A stretch of 64,000 nt of DNA from an archaeon (lineage in GTDB: Archaea; Micrarchaeota; Micrarchaeia; Norongarragalinales; UBA97). A program made the translations under genes and the position numbers. The stretch is from the NCBI GenBank assembly GCA_020057405.1, contig JAGVFW010000013.1:32001-96000 (forward strand), written 5' to 3'. The notes beneath the pieces are model-generated. The model was not told where the DNA came from, made no database searches, and was given only the letters and a program-made list of their open reading frames with translations. Below are positions 1 to 9,141 of this stretch, one piece after another. The first letter of the stretch is position 1, and each line of letters begins with the position of its first letter.

Positions 1-207
1 CCTCGAGTGCCTTTAGCACAAAAGCGAAGAGGAAGAAAGCGCCCGCAAGCTTGAGTAGATGGAAGCGTTTGCCGCCGACAGAGAGCCAAATTATGCGATG
101 CACTCAAATCACCCTTAAATGAGTTAGTACTCTTGGCGGCCATTTAAAGCTTGCGAAACGGCTTCTTTGGACCGCATTTTATTCCTTTCCAGCTAAATAT
201 ACTACGG

Positions 208-279
208 GGGCCCGTAGTCGAATGGTAAGACGTCTGCTTTACACGCAGAAGACCCGGAGTCCGATTCTCCGCGGGCCCA
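208..279 (+). tRNA. tRNA-Val(TAC)
   Basis: Cloverleaf: acceptor GGGCCCG/CGGGCCC, anticodon arm TCTGC-TTTACAC-GCAGA, T-arm CGGAG-TCCGATT-CTCCG. Confidence 0.93.
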
Positions 280-318
280 CCTAATTTATTATACTTAATC
301 TACGAGAAGTAACGCAGC

Positions 319-813
319 ATGAAAGCGTTTATCACCGCAGTAAAGAGTAGGGATTTTGAGAAAGTGCGGCGAGCGCTGCCCGAGCTTAGTCTAAATGCCC
401 CGGGAAATAAGAGATTCAACCTTAGCGGCAACTGGTTAGTGGCACACGTCGACAAGCTAACGCGCGCGCTGCCGGGACCGGAAATCAGAAAAAATAACAA
501 AATGGGCAAAAACTACGAGCTGAGGAAAAAAGTACTGGGGGCGCTGCTTGGCGAGGCCGTGATGCGCCACCTAGGCATAACCGGGCAGGAACGCGAAAAG
601 GTCAGGGACGTGATTGCCCAAAGGATAGTTTCCGAATCTAGCGACATCGACGAGAGCGACTTGGCTGAGGAAACGATGATGAGGGTATATGCGAAATTCA
701 GCGAGCTCAAGACCCAGTTAAACGGCATGCGGACAAGGCATCGGATAAACGACGCGAAGCATTACGAAGTGTGGGACCACGCCTCAAAGGCCGCAATCTA
801 CTTCACGCCCTGA
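319..813 (+). CDS. hypothetical protein
   Basis: 164-aa ORF with ATG start downstream of the tRNA; no recognisable motif. Confidence 0.6.
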   Translation: MKAFITAVKSRDFEKVRRALPELSLNAPGNKRFNLSGNWLVAHVDKLTRALPGPEIRKNNKMGKNYELRKKVLGALLGEAVMRHLGITGQEREKVRDVIAQRIVSESSDIDESDLAEETMMRVYAKFSELKTQLNGMRTRHRINDAKHYEVWDHASKAAIYFTP

Positions 814-886
814 GGCGAAACCCAAGACTAACCCTTAAAACGCTTGCCGGGCTAATAGTTGTTTAAACCGCTTTAGGCGGAAAAAG

Positions 887-1453
887 GTGAATTTGTTGAA
901 GAACTATCCCTCGCCACTCAAACTCAACTTAGGCTGCCACTTCAAGAAACTGGACGGTTTTGTGAATGTCGACTTTGACAAGGAAGTCAAGCCCGAAGTC
1001 GTCTGGGACCTAAACAAGATGCCCTGGCCGTTTAAGGCAGGCAGCGTCGACTACATCAACGGCGACGGCGTCCTAGAGCACCTGGGCTACCTCGACCCCG
1101 TGTTTGCCGAGCTCTCGCGCATACTTAAAGTCGGAGGCGAGGCGTACTTCAGCGTCCCTTACGTGACTAACGCGTACTCCATTTCCTTGATGAACTACAC
1201 GAAGTGGCACAACCACACGCACATCGGCTTCATCCACGACAGCTTCGACAGGTTGTGCGAAATCAACGGCATGGAAGTCTACAAGAGGCAAATCGCGTTT
1301 GCCAGGCCGTACCAGTGGCTTGGACTGCAATGGCTCTTCAACAAGATTCCCGGCATCTACAACCACTTTTTCCTCTTCAGCTACCCCGCCCACGAGTTGC
1401 GCGTGTGGGTGAGGAAAAAAGAGCAAGTCAAGAAAAAAGAGTTCCACAACTAG
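887..1453 (+). CDS. class I SAM-dependent methyltransferase (Methyltransf_11-like)
   Basis: LKLNLGC, VNVD, WDLNKMPWPF..SVD, VLEHL, ELSRILKVGG motifs. Confidence 0.85.
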   Translation: MNLLKNYPSPLKLNLGCHFKKLDGFVNVDFDKEVKPEVVWDLNKMPWPFKAGSVDYINGDGVLEHLGYLDPVFAELSRILKVGGEAYFSVPYVTNAYSISLMNYTKWHNHTHIGFIHDSFDRLCEINGMEVYKRQIAFARPYQWLGLQWLFNKIPGIYNHFFLFSYPAHELRVWVRKKEQVKKKEFHN

Positions 1454-1520
1454 GGCGGAAAGCGCTTCCACAAGCGTTTAAATCACATTTCCCGCCCAAA
1501 TAACTAAGCTGCTTCTAGAC

Positions 1521-1594
1521 GCCGCAGTAACTCAGCCTGGGAGAGTGATCGCCTGAAGAGCGATTTGTCGGGTGTTCAAATCACCCCTGCGGCA
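1521..1594 (+). tRNA. tRNA-Phe(GAA); integration target
   Basis: GCCGCAG/CTGCGGC acceptor, ATCGC-CTGAAGA-GCGAT anticodon arm, GGGTG-TTCAAAT-CACCC T-arm. Confidence 0.96.
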
Positions 1595-1597
1595 TTC
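1577..1597 (+). repeat. att site (left), tRNA-Phe 3' end
   Basis: CAAATCACCCCTGCGGCATTC, identical to 6914-6934. Confidence 0.92.
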
Positions 1598-1645
1598 CCT
1601 TTTTCTTGAAAGTTGGGGAGAACAACTTTTCTCCCCATCAACAGT

Positions 1646-2149
1646 TCAAACTCGCCCTAATGCCTCCCTTCTTCGAAAATAAACTCTACCTACCTGTTCC
1701 CTAGAGGGCGAGTCTATTTTTTCCATAAAATCCTCCCACTTAAGTTGCGAGCCTATGCAGACAAGGACATCGTTACCGTATGCCTCGAAATTCGTATTAT
1801 AAAACTGGGAGGTATTAGCCGGCTGTTGATGCCAAGGATAGTCCTTTAGAATCTTTAATTCCCCGTATTGCTTCGTAACGAAATAGACGTCAACAGTGTT
1901 TCCGTCTTTTGTGTCTTGACGAACTTGAATGAACAAATTAGAACCGCAGTCTGGCGCTATTTCCGCAACAAGCTGCGTACCGTTTTGGCGTAAATATCCA
2001 AATGCAACAATAGAAGCAGAGTCGGCGTAAGATTCGGCCCTTAGGTAGAATGGCATGGAGTCAATAAGACTGCCGGAGTTAACCACTAGTTTTTCGTCAC
2101 CTTCGCTGTAGAACGGTTTCTTGATAGCTATGGCCAAGGCATTCACCAC
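1646..2149 (-). CDS. hypothetical protein (element cargo)
   Basis: 167-aa ORF abutting the integrase stop codon. Confidence 0.55.
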   Translation of the reverse strand: MVNALAIAIKKPFYSEGDEKLVVNSGSLIDSMPFYLRAESYADSASIVAFGYLRQNGTQLVAEIAPDCGSNLFIQVRQDTKDGNTVDVYFVTKQYGELKILKDYPWHQQPANTSQFYNTNFEAYGNDVLVCIGSQLKWEDFMEKIDSPSREQVGRVYFRRREALGRV

Positions 2150-3298
2150 CTATTTTTCTGATGGCAGGAGCAATTTTAAGCTCCTCATGGACTGCTGAAA
2201 ACCACTCCACGCTCCTCTCCTCATTAGCTCTTGTTGGAAGTGTTTCTTGTTGCTGCCGTCTTGAAGGTAGACGGCCATTGCGTGAATTATTGTTGCAAGG
2301 TCGGCGTCAATTCTCGTCGGGTCATTCTTTCCATAAAGCTCTTCGAACTTTTCCTGCACTAGGTAACGGTCGGCGTGAACGTACCTGGCCGTCATGTCCG
2401 AGTCCGGCCTCCAACCGAAGTAATACTTTAGCTGCTGGTCAGTCAGGTGCTTGGCCATTTCGCTTGCCCTGGCGTGCCGCCATGAATGCGGATTGAGTTT
2501 CTTGTTAATTCCCGCAAGTTTCTGTAGGCGAGCAATAGTGTTACAAGCGGCGGCGTAAGACAATTGCTTGCCCCATCCGTTAAGCCACAGGGGAACGTTG
2601 GAATTTTTCTCGAACTTCCTCGGGTGAACGTCAAGATATACCTGCATGAATTCCAAGGCCAACGGCCAGCCAACTGGCACAATCCTTTCACCAGTCTTGC
2701 CGTCTAGCCTAACGAGCGTCTCGTTTCCTTCCTTGAAGACATCACTTACTTTCAGGTTGAGCATTTCGCCGATGCGGGCGCCCGTAGCGTAAAGAAGAGA
2801 GATGAACGCCTTTTCCTGCAGGCTAGCGGTTTGGTCGATTATGCGCTTTACTTCCTCTTCTGAAATCAGTTTTGACGGGTGAAGTAACGCCGGATGAGGC
2901 TTTGCCATGTAGAAGTTGTCAAGTATGCCAGGGTAGCGTTTCCCTTCGCCTAACAGCCATTTATAGAAAGTGCGAGTGGTTAGGAAGAGGTCAAACTTGT
3001 AGGGTTCAGAAATCGGCTTGCCTCTCTTGGCAGTTGCCTGCCTTATCTTGCGGGCAAGCTCCTCCAGGTCGTCTTTGGTAGCGTCCTTGAAATGCTTGCC
3101 TAGAAGGTCAGAAATCTTGCGCAGTTGCCAAGAGCGCTTAAACCGGAGTCGCAGGCTTTTTCCCTGCGCTTCCAGATAAGCTAGGTAGCGTTTCGCCAGT
3201 TCTGCTTCCTCAGGCTGCATCGCTTTGAAGGCGGTAAACTGCCTCGCAATCATCCGTTCCCCTTGCTCCAATTGTTCCGAGTTCATCTTCTCCACCAA
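2150..3298 (-). CDS. tyrosine recombinase/integrase
   Basis: LLYATGARIGE (R), GKTG (K), HSWRH, GW..DS.M..RY catalytic residues. Confidence 0.95.
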   Translation of the reverse strand: MVEKMNSEQLEQGERMIARQFTAFKAMQPEEAELAKRYLAYLEAQGKSLRLRFKRSWQLRKISDLLGKHFKDATKDDLEELARKIRQATAKRGKPISEPYKFDLFLTTRTFYKWLLGEGKRYPGILDNFYMAKPHPALLHPSKLISEEEVKRIIDQTASLQEKAFISLLYATGARIGEMLNLKVSDVFKEGNETLVRLDGKTGERIVPVGWPLALEFMQVYLDVHPRKFEKNSNVPLWLNGWGKQLSYAAACNTIARLQKLAGINKKLNPHSWRHARASEMAKHLTDQQLKYYFGWRPDSDMTARYVHADRYLVQEKFEELYGKNDPTRIDADLATIIHAMAVYLQDGSNKKHFQQELMRRGAWSGFQQSMRSLKLLLPSEK

Positions 3299-3312
3299 AC
3301 GCCACTACCAAT

Positions 3313-3444
3313 TCAATTACCGCCTGCACCACCGTTTTTGAAACTGCCATCCAAAACCACCTCCGCAAAACGCTTTTTGCAATAGAAGAGCAAATGAAAT
3401 GCCTCAGGCTCAGAGAGTTCTTGTCTGCAAAGCGAGCACTTCAT
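3313..3444 (-). CDS. small putative Zn-binding protein (not in ORF track)
   Basis: My translation: MKCSLCRQELSEPEAFHLLFYCKKRF... (43 aa; CxxC..H..C) upstream of the integrase. Confidence 0.45.
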   Translation of the reverse strand: MKCSLCRQELSEPEAFHLLFYCKKRFAEVVLDGSFKNGGAGGN

Positions 3445-3464
3445 TCGACTTACCTCTTTACCTA

Positions 3465-3520
3465 CATACCTATAGTAGTATAACGATAGGTGTATTTAAG
3501 GCTTTCGGTATATAGGTATG
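3465..3520. promoter_or_regulatory. inverted repeat in divergent promoter (putative RHH operator)
   Basis: CATACCTATA (3465-3474) and TATAGGTATG (3511-3520) are exact reverse complements. Confidence 0.5.
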
Positions 3521-3522
3521 AT

Positions 3523-3660
3523 ATGGCACGTGTGAAAACTAGTATTTCAATCGATGAGGAAACCTGGAAGGAGTTTCGCAAGAAGTGCATCGACGTAGGT
3601 AAAGATGCCAGCACAGTTCTCGAGGAACTCATGCATCGGTGGTTAAAGGAAAAAAGCTAG
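3523..3660 (+). CDS. ribbon-helix-helix DNA-binding protein (not in ORF track)
   Basis: My translation: MARVKTSISIDEETWKEFRKKCIDVGKDASTVLEELMHRWLKEKS, a typical RHH pattern. Confidence 0.8.
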   Translation: MARVKTSISIDEETWKEFRKKCIDVGKDASTVLEELMHRWLKEKS

Positions 3661-3687
3661 CCTCATTTTGAAGTTTTTGGTGAAATA

Positions 3688-4857
3688 ATGGCTGTTGAAG
3701 AAACGCTTCGGGTCGTCGAAGAAATGGATCGCGACAAAGGCAAACGCGTAGCTAGAGTTAGTAGAGAGACAATGCAAAAATTGTCTCTTGAAACCGGGGA
3801 CCGAATCAAAATTGTCGGCAAGAAAACAACCCTCGGGCTCGTCTTACCAGCACACACAGAAGACGAAAAACTCGATATCATTAGAATTAGCGACATTTTG
3901 AGAGCATCCGCGGCAGTTGAACTTAACCAATTAGTTAAAATATCAAAAATCGATGGCGAAATAGCTAGTCTAGTCGTATTAGCACCAAAACAACCAACTG
4001 CCTACGCGCCCGGATTTGACCAGTACGTCAAAAAGAATCTCATCGGCAAGCCTATCGAGACTGGAGAAATAGTTGAGATAAAAGTGTATGAAACTAGCTA
4101 TCCATTTACCGTCATAACAACTGTTCCCGACAGTGTTGTCGTAGTTAGTTATGAAACCGAAGTAAAACTAAGTACCGAACCGTCTGGGATGATTGACTCA
4201 AAAATATTCAGAGATAGAAAGTTTTTAGAAAGAAAATTAAAGTTTTTGAAAAACCGAACGAATAAGTCCAAGGCCGTATTGACAACGGAGTGGGGTTTGA
4301 CCGGAATAAACATTACCGGAAATATAATCCAACTCAATGAAGATGGATTTAAACAATTGAACGTAACAACTGGAGACATAGTTGAAATCACTAACCAGTT
4401 TGACTCGGATTCATTAGAACAAAAAACGGTTTTAGCTAGAGTCGAACCAATTACCGTCGGAAAATTCAATTTTGCAAGAATGCCGGAGAGTATTAAGGAC
4501 GAATTAATTCTTTCAAGTTCATCAAAAAATATTGAAATCCGAAAATCAACGCTTAAACCGGCTAAGAAAATAGCGCTAGTTCGTCAATCGTTCGGACACG
4601 CATTTTTACCATCAGATTACGAAATTAATCTCCTTAAATTAGACTCGATGTTAGACCGATTATTGTTGCCCGGAGATTCTTTCGACGTTGCCGTAAAGAA
4701 TTCCAGCATTCCATTAGTTGTTGAAAAAATCGAGCCCATCGGCCCTACCATTGTAACAAAGGACACAATCGTCGAATTTACTGAAAAGCCATTAAATCAC
4801 AACCAGCTTCTTGAAGATTTCCAAGCATTACGACAATATCTACAAAACAAAGCCTGA
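3688..4857 (+). CDS. tandem Cdc48/VCP N-terminal domain protein, no AAA domain
   Basis: First copy: LRVVEE..RDKGKRVARVS.ETMQKLSLETGDRIKIVGKK and YVKKNLIGKP; second copy: FKQLNVTTGDIVEI..RLLLPGD..IVTKDT; no Walker A. Confidence 0.8.
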   Translation: MAVEETLRVVEEMDRDKGKRVARVSRETMQKLSLETGDRIKIVGKKTTLGLVLPAHTEDEKLDIIRISDILRASAAVELNQLVKISKIDGEIASLVVLAPKQPTAYAPGFDQYVKKNLIGKPIETGEIVEIKVYETSYPFTVITTVPDSVVVVSYETEVKLSTEPSGMIDSKIFRDRKFLERKLKFLKNRTNKSKAVLTTEWGLTGINITGNIIQLNEDGFKQLNVTTGDIVEITNQFDSDSLEQKTVLARVEPITVGKFNFARMPESIKDELILSSSSKNIEIRKSTLKPAKKIALVRQSFGHAFLPSDYEINLLKLDSMLDRLLLPGDSFDVAVKNSSIPLVVEKIEPIGPTIVTKDTIVEFTEKPLNHNQLLEDFQALRQYLQNKA

Positions 4858-4925
4858 GTTAAACACAAAATAGCGTCCACTACTACCAACCATTAACTTT
4901 AAATTAACCTATCATTAAATAGTTA

Positions 4926-6308
4926 ATGATAACCGTGGACATTGCAACCCTGAAAAAATTGATTGAGTCCGGCGAGGGCAACACCGTAGAATTTCAGCAA
5001 GCTGTAGCAAAGGACACGGGCCGAACTATATGTGCTTTCGCCAATACCGATGGCGGCCACCTGATTATTGGAGTGGAAAAGAATGGCGGAATCGTGGGAC
5101 TTGAACGGGCAAAGTTAGATGACCTCCAACAAGCTGTTTCAAACTCCTACAAAATTTGTAGCCCCGTTCCGTTAACACAAGTAGGCACCGTAGAAATCGA
5201 CGGTAAGTATGTCCTAGTTATTTCAACCGCAAAGCTGGGGGATGGCGTATGCTATTACGCAGATGAAATTTTGCTTAGGGTTGGAAGCACCAACCATAAA
5301 CTCACCGGGCCAGCCATCGAAGAGTTTCTACGAAAAAATCGCGTAATCAACTTTGACTGGACGCGAAGTTCGGCCAAACTTCAAGACGTAGATACAGAAA
5401 AAATGAAAAAGTACATGAACCGTAGGTCGCCAAATTATTTGTTCGACCCTGCCAGCGAAAAGGCTTTAAAAAACCTCCTTATTTCGCTTCATTTGGCGGG
5501 AGAAAACGGCGACTTTTACGTAAGGAATGGCGGCGTCCTGTTCTTCGCCAAGCACCCTGAAACTTTTATCCCGCAAAACAAGGTGAAGTTAGTCCGATTC
5601 AAGGGCAAAATACCAGTGGACGTGTTGGACATACTCGTCCTACAAAATACGCTTGTGGAAAATATCGAGGAAAGCCTGGCCTTTATCCGCCGAAGCACCC
5701 GCAAGAGCTACGAAATAAAGAACCTTGAACGAGAAGAAAAAACTGAGTACCCTGAAATCGCAATCAGGGAAGCAATAGTCAACGCCCTCGTCCATCGCGA
5801 CTACTTCAGCTCTGCCGTGGTACAGGTCAATGTCTTTGACGACAGGATAGACATTGCAAACCCCGGAATGCTCCCAACAGGAATAAGCCCCGAGGATTTG
5901 TCATCACTTGGACTAGGAGTGCCACGTAACCCAATCATCTACCAGATGTTGATAGACATCAAGGTGGTTGAAGGCATAGGAACCGGCATTCCACGAATGA
6001 TTTCGGCAATGCGGGACGCAGGATTGCCAGATCCCGAGTTCAGACAATTGGGTCCATTGTTCAAAACCACGCTGTTTAACGCCTTCCCCAACCAAGCAGG
6101 CAATCTCAACGTCAGGCAAAGGCGCTCCCTGATTTACTTGAAGGATAACAGCATCATCACCGCACCACAGTACCGAAAAATGTTCAAGATAAGCCACCCA
6201 ATCGCAGTCGACGACCTCAACAAGCTCATCAAGCTCGGACTCGTCAAGAAGAGAGGGCGGGGACCGGCAACGGCCTACGTACTAGCAAAACCTAAAATAA
6301 AGCAATAA
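4926..6308 (+). CDS. Schlafen/AlbA_2 + HATPase_c_4 + wHTH protein
   Basis: GEGNTVEFQ, ICAFANTDGGHLIIGV, YPEIAIREAIVNALVHRDY, PRNP, GTGIPRM, C-terminal DLNKLIKLGLVKKRGRG. Confidence 0.9.
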   Translation: MITVDIATLKKLIESGEGNTVEFQQAVAKDTGRTICAFANTDGGHLIIGVEKNGGIVGLERAKLDDLQQAVSNSYKICSPVPLTQVGTVEIDGKYVLVISTAKLGDGVCYYADEILLRVGSTNHKLTGPAIEEFLRKNRVINFDWTRSSAKLQDVDTEKMKKYMNRRSPNYLFDPASEKALKNLLISLHLAGENGDFYVRNGGVLFFAKHPETFIPQNKVKLVRFKGKIPVDVLDILVLQNTLVENIEESLAFIRRSTRKSYEIKNLEREEKTEYPEIAIREAIVNALVHRDYFSSAVVQVNVFDDRIDIANPGMLPTGISPEDLSSLGLGVPRNPIIYQMLIDIKVVEGIGTGIPRMISAMRDAGLPDPEFRQLGPLFKTTLFNAFPNQAGNLNVRQRRSLIYLKDNSIITAPQYRKMFKISHPIAVDDLNKLIKLGLVKKRGRGPATAYVLAKPKIKQ

Positions 6309-6367
6309 TTAAGAACCTAAAGATAGGTTAATAAATACTTAAAGATACAATAATCTGGGAAGCAGAA

Positions 6368-6619
6368 ATGGAAATAACTGGAATTAAGCTTTTTGACAAA
6401 CCGAACATAGCGCTTACTTTCGTCTTTAATGGAAATCAGAGGCAGGAAGTAAGCTTTAACTTGCTTGGAATAATTCTCATCGCCCTAAGCTTGTTCATCC
6501 TGGTTTTTTCAGAGTCATTCCCTCAGCCGATACAGGGGTGGTTTCAAAGTCTGGGGGCGGCAATGCTGATAGCTGGAATCGTAATTTACGGACTAACTAA
6601 AAAACAAAAAGGCAAGTAA
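6368..6619 (+). CDS. small membrane protein
   Basis: 83 aa, two hydrophobic segments. Confidence 0.6.
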   Translation: MEITGIKLFDKPNIALTFVFNGNQRQEVSFNLLGIILIALSLFILVFSESFPQPIQGWFQSLGAAMLIAGIVIYGLTKKQKGK

Positions 6620-6621
6620 CC

Positions 6622-6858
6622 ATGTTGCAAGAGCTACTTCAATCAAAAAATCCCCTGATAAAAATAGTGACGATAACCGCGATTGGTTTAGTCGTCTTCA
6701 TAGTCTTCGGGATTCTCTCAATCATCCTCCTGCCCTGGATAGCCCAAAAGCAGGGAGCGACTCTTGGTCCTCAGGAGTGGCTTGCGTTCTACACTAACCT
6801 ACTTGCCGGAATTGCCACCAGCATTACCATCGGTATACTGTTCTTTCTTCAAAAATAG
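6622..6858 (+). CDS. small membrane protein
   Basis: 78 aa, two hydrophobic segments. Confidence 0.6.
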   Translation: MLQELLQSKNPLIKIVTITAIGLVVFIVFGILSIILLPWIAQKQGATLGPQEWLAFYTNLLAGIATSITIGILFFLQK

Positions 6859-6913
6859 TCAAATACCGTCGGCGTTCTATGCCTCCGGTTCTCCCCGTCT
6901 TTTGACTTTTGGG

Positions 6914-6934
6914 CAAATCACCCCTGCGGCATTC
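6914..6934 (+). repeat. att site (right), duplicated tRNA-Phe 3' end
   Basis: Identical to 1577-1597. Confidence 0.92.
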
Positions 6935-7024
6935 TAATACGATAGCGTAATGCCTCCACGAGCTCTACAGCGGCAGCTCGTACGGATAAACCAATAAATA
7001 CGGCTTTTCAAATAGCTTGATACG

Positions 7025-8503
7025 ATGAAAAGCTTGGAAACACCATCGATTGCGCGTTTTCTATTGCTTGCTGCAATAATGATTTTGATTTCGCTTATGC
7101 TGACGAACTCGGAGTTTACAGGAAAAAGCACGGGCGGAGTTGTTTTGAATCTTCCGAATTTAAACCCTGGCGCCATAATTCAAACTACGCCGGGCCCCAG
7201 TCCCACCGCGTCGCCGCAACCCTCCCCGTCTCCCACGCCCCGACCTACTCCTTCGCCCAGCCCCTCGACAACTCCGAGCCCGTCTCCAAGCGTTTCACCA
7301 AGCCCCAGTCCCTCTCCCACGCCAACTCCAAATCCGGACTTCGCGTGTGGGGTTAATGAAAGCGGAAAGACGAAGCGCTTCGTTTCATCCTGCGGCGACT
7401 TGAATCAGTCGAACAGCGCCTATTTCCTCACGCGAGACATCATCAACTCTAACAACGAATACTGTTTCACCATCTCGGCCGACAACGTTGTTCTTGATTG
7501 CGGCAACCGCCGGATTGACGGCGACGGTTCCGGTTACGCGGCAATCTTTGCCAAATCTAGGACTAATATAAGCGTAGTCAAGTGCAGCATGACTGACTGG
7601 TTCTACGGCGTGGAGGGAGAGTCTATCGGCAAAAGCGCCTTTTCCTGCAACAAATTCTCGAACCACATGTATGGCGGATTGCAATTCGACCGCGTTACGG
7701 ACTCGGCAGCATTCAACAACACGTTCCTTTCTGGAGTTTATCAAGCGGCCGAATTAATGCGCTCTAACCGCAATTCATTTAATGAAAACAGCATTTTGAA
7801 CGGCTTTGTCGGAGCACTGCTGACTCGGTCGTCACTCAATACGTTTTACAAAAACAAGTTCATCGGCCCCACCCAGCCCATAACCCTGATAGAAAACTCG
7901 AATGCGAACATCGTATCGGAAAACACGCTTAATGGCCCCGTAAATCCAGGCATACTCGTCATCAATAGCCGCTCTAACACGCTCGAACTGAATAAGATCA
8001 CTTCGGGAAGCGGAGCGCACTTGATTGACCTGCTTGTTGCAAACGGTACCTCGATTCGAGACAACTATTTGGTACCTGCTCCTGGAGCGGCTGCAATCCG
8101 ACTAGATCGATCCCAAAGCAATACATTGCTCAGAAACAAGATAGTGGGAAGCCAACTCTGTCCGGAGGGAATCTTGGTTGGCGAAGCAGGTGACGAGCAG
8201 CCTTCCAAGTTAAACACTATCGCCTATAACGACATTACGGGCTGCTTGTTCGGCCTCAACATCGATAACTCTGACGCGGACCGGATTATTTCAAACAAAA
8301 TAGCCGGCTTCGGTATTAGCGGCATTTTCCTTACGCTGTCCAGCAACGAGTACTTGGCGTCAAATCGTGTTTGTGGCGCCAAATTTCCTAACGCCGACAT
8401 TAGTGCGGAATCCTCTAGCGGCACGGGCAGGGAAAACACTTGCGACACTACTTCTTATTGGAACGACCAGGGACAAACCGGCTGCACATACCGGTGCAGC
8501 TAG
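7025..8503 (+). CDS. membrane-anchored right-handed beta-helix (NosD-like) surface protein
   Basis: N-terminal TM, PSPSPTP linker, [20 protein letters not shown], repeated S..N.I..N.I units. Confidence 0.85.
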   Translation: MKSLETPSIARFLLLAAIMILISLMLTNSEFTGKSTGGVVLNLPNLNPGAIIQTTPGPSPTASPQPSPSPTPRPTPSPSPSTTPSPSPSVSPSPSPSPTPTPNPDFACGVNESGKTKRFVSSCGDLNQSNSAYFLTRDIINSNNEYCFTISADNVVLDCGNRRIDGDGSGYAAIFAKSRTNISVVKCSMTDWFYGVEGESIGKSAFSCNKFSNHMYGGLQFDRVTDSAAFNNTFLSGVYQAAELMRSNRNSFNENSILNGFVGALLTRSSLNTFYKNKFIGPTQPITLIENSNANIVSENTLNGPVNPGILVINSRSNTLELNKITSGSGAHLIDLLVANGTSIRDNYLVPAPGAAAIRLDRSQSNTLLRNKIVGSQLCPEGILVGEAGDEQPSKLNTIAYNDITGCLFGLNIDNSDADRIISNKIAGFGISGIFLTLSSNEYLASNRVCGAKFPNADISAESSSGTGRENTCDTTSYWNDQGQTGCTYRCS

Positions 8504-8717
8504 GCCGTTTAGCCTAGAACTAAATGAAACACGTCAATCAGAATGCTAGTCTCACCGTGCTTTGGAAGTGCATCACTTGCTCCAACCAATGCATTCTGCT
8601 CGTTTCTCCCGGAATGAGGGCATCGTTATAGCGTAGTGTACCGCGCCCCTGCGGCACCCTAATTTTCTTAGACGTTTAAGCGCCTGCGAACGCGGGTTTA
8701 ATAGGCGCGTCCGGCAC

Positions 8718-9038
8718 TTGACCTCGGGGATAGTTTCTATGTTTGGCCTTGACGAGTACGCGAAAAAGAAAGCCAAAGAAATAGAGGCAAAGCTCGCCCG
8801 AACGATAATGCTGGTTCAGGTGTTCGTCTTTGTCGCAGTTGCCTCGGTTGGCCTTCTTATTGGCTCTTTTTTCCTAGAGTCGGTTGAGCTAACTGAAATA
8901 GGCGTCGTCCTCGTAATTGCGGCAGCCGCTGCAGTTATGGTTGGCTCAAGGCTCTGGCGGATTTACAACGAGATAAAACAGGAAGCCCTCAGCTTCGTCG
9001 AAGACCAAAAAAGAAAGATTTCCGGGACGCAGAAGTAA
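8718..9038 (+). CDS. small membrane protein
   Basis: Two TM segments; likely start at internal MFGLD. Confidence 0.6.
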   Translation: MTSGIVSMFGLDEYAKKKAKEIEAKLARTIMLVQVFVFVAVASVGLLIGSFFLESVELTEIGVVLVIAAAAAVMVGSRLWRIYNEIKQEALSFVEDQKRKISGTQK

Positions 9039-9141
9039 ACTACCCGCAACGCATTAGAAAATCGCCGCCCGTTATTTCTTCGGTTTTCGCTTGTGCGCCC
9101 CCTCCGACACCCTATTAACTTGCAGGGACTAAATTTCTTTT

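Larger units (their letters stand above)
1577..6934. mobile_element. integrated element in tRNA-Phe 3' end
   Basis: 21-bp direct repeat CAAATCACCCCTGCGGCATTC at 1577-1597 and 6914-6934 encloses a tyrosine integrase and AT-richer cargo. Confidence 0.92.

Noticed and set aside
105-115. CAAATCACCC match to the att core
   Set aside because: Only 10 bp; more simply the GGGTGA SD of a minus-strand gene running off the window start
7195-7335. Repetitive CC-rich DNA
   Set aside because: It encodes the Pro/Ser/Thr linker of the beta-helix protein and is not a CRISPR array or satellite
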